Position numbers and translations under genes: made by a program. This document shows positions 63,556 to 64,000 of a DNA stretch of 64,000 nucleotides, piece by piece. The stretch lies in sequence record SRR20825019_624. The stretch is one strand, 5' to 3'. The notes under the pieces are model-generated. The model saw only the letters and a program-made list of their open reading frames with translations. It was not told the DNA's origin and searched no databases. Position 1 is the stretch's first letter, and the number at the start of each line of letters is the position of its first letter.

Positions 63556-64000
63556 GTGAAAGCCATACATCTTGCGTTTGCGTTTCTGCTGGCCATAGCC
63601 AGTATTACGATCTTCATATTATTAAGTGACCCACCACCGGGCGCCGTTGGTGTTGCCCACGAAACCATTTCGGGTATGAAGCTTGGCGGTGACGGCGCTG
63701 CGCGACTCGCGACGGTCGGCTTGGCCCCCTTCTATTTCCAGATTGCCGTGATCGCGTTTGCGGGCACGCTTCTTTACATGGGCGTTGCGGAGCGTCGTCG
63801 TGACACTACGCTCAGGTTAACGCTGGCGACTTTCACCGGCGTCGCCATGTTTGTCTGGTACATGCTGTACAGCGGATATGAGGCCTATCTGGAAACCGGG
63901 CAGACGGATGTGGTGTTTGGCTTTCCTGTGCCTGTGAACTGGATGTTCTGGGGCATATGGGGAAGTTTTGTGGTGTTTGACCTGTTTTATGTTTTTGCAT
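63556..64000 (+). CDS. Hypothetical integral membrane protein (partial, runs off the window)
   Basis: GTG after GGAGG. Manual translation is open to the end of the window (VKAIHLAFAFLLAIASITIF...FGFPVPVNWMFWGIWGSFVVFDLFYVFA), with several TM segments. Confidence 0.7.
   Translation, partial: MKAIHLAFAFLLAIASITIFILLSDPPPGAVGVAHETISGMKLGGDGAARLATVGLAPFYFQIAVIAFAGTLLYMGVAERRRDTTLRLTLATFTGVAMFVWYMLYSGYEAYLETGQTDVVFGFPVPVNWMFWGIWGSFVVFDLFYVFA

Noticed and set aside
1-64000. CRISPR arrays, tRNA/rRNA genes, IS elements, prophage or defence systems
   Set aside because: None were recognised by eye or in the ORF translations; a tRNAscan/Infernal/DefenseFinder run would be needed to exclude them formally.

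Overview
The window is a gene-dense stretch from a bacterium of moderately high GC. Gene content and promoter style suggest a marine heterotrophic alphaproteobacterium, possibly Kordiimonas-like; this taxonomy is inference only. I saw no rRNA, tRNA, CRISPR array, integrase or transposase. In order, the window holds: the end of a wecC-like gene; two secreted peptidases; an N-formylglutamate amidohydrolase-like gene broken by an in-frame TAG; a GH97 glycosidase; glpK and glpD; a glucokinase; a secreted ~32-aa-repeat protein with a candidate sRNA upstream; a rimB-like/rimK/AstE-family operon; a 4-hydroxyproline catabolic cluster with Xaa-Pro aminopeptidase and a GntR regulator; an esterase, SSS transporter and LacI regulator; tricorn protease; an RND pump; a divergent PEP carboxylase; a GST/LysR pair; a large GlcNAc/chito-oligosaccharide locus (nagR, nagK-like, TonB-dependent receptor, SapC-like protein, two tryptophan-halogenase-like flavoproteins, GH20, nagP, nagA, nagB-II, nagQ); and zwf-pgl-edd-eda. 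The most intriguing items are: (1) the receptor-SapC-twin-halogenase module inside a sugar-uptake operon with no biosynthetic context; (2) a five-site TTGACAGCGSTGTC LacI regulon spread over 54 kb, whose left arm doubles as the -35 box, alongside a sibling NagR operator that differs only in the centre; (3) several strongly structured intergenic RNAs, including an attenuator-like leader in the hydroxyproline operon and an anti-SD-loop sRNA; and (4) an unannotated 54-aa basic membrane microprotein.
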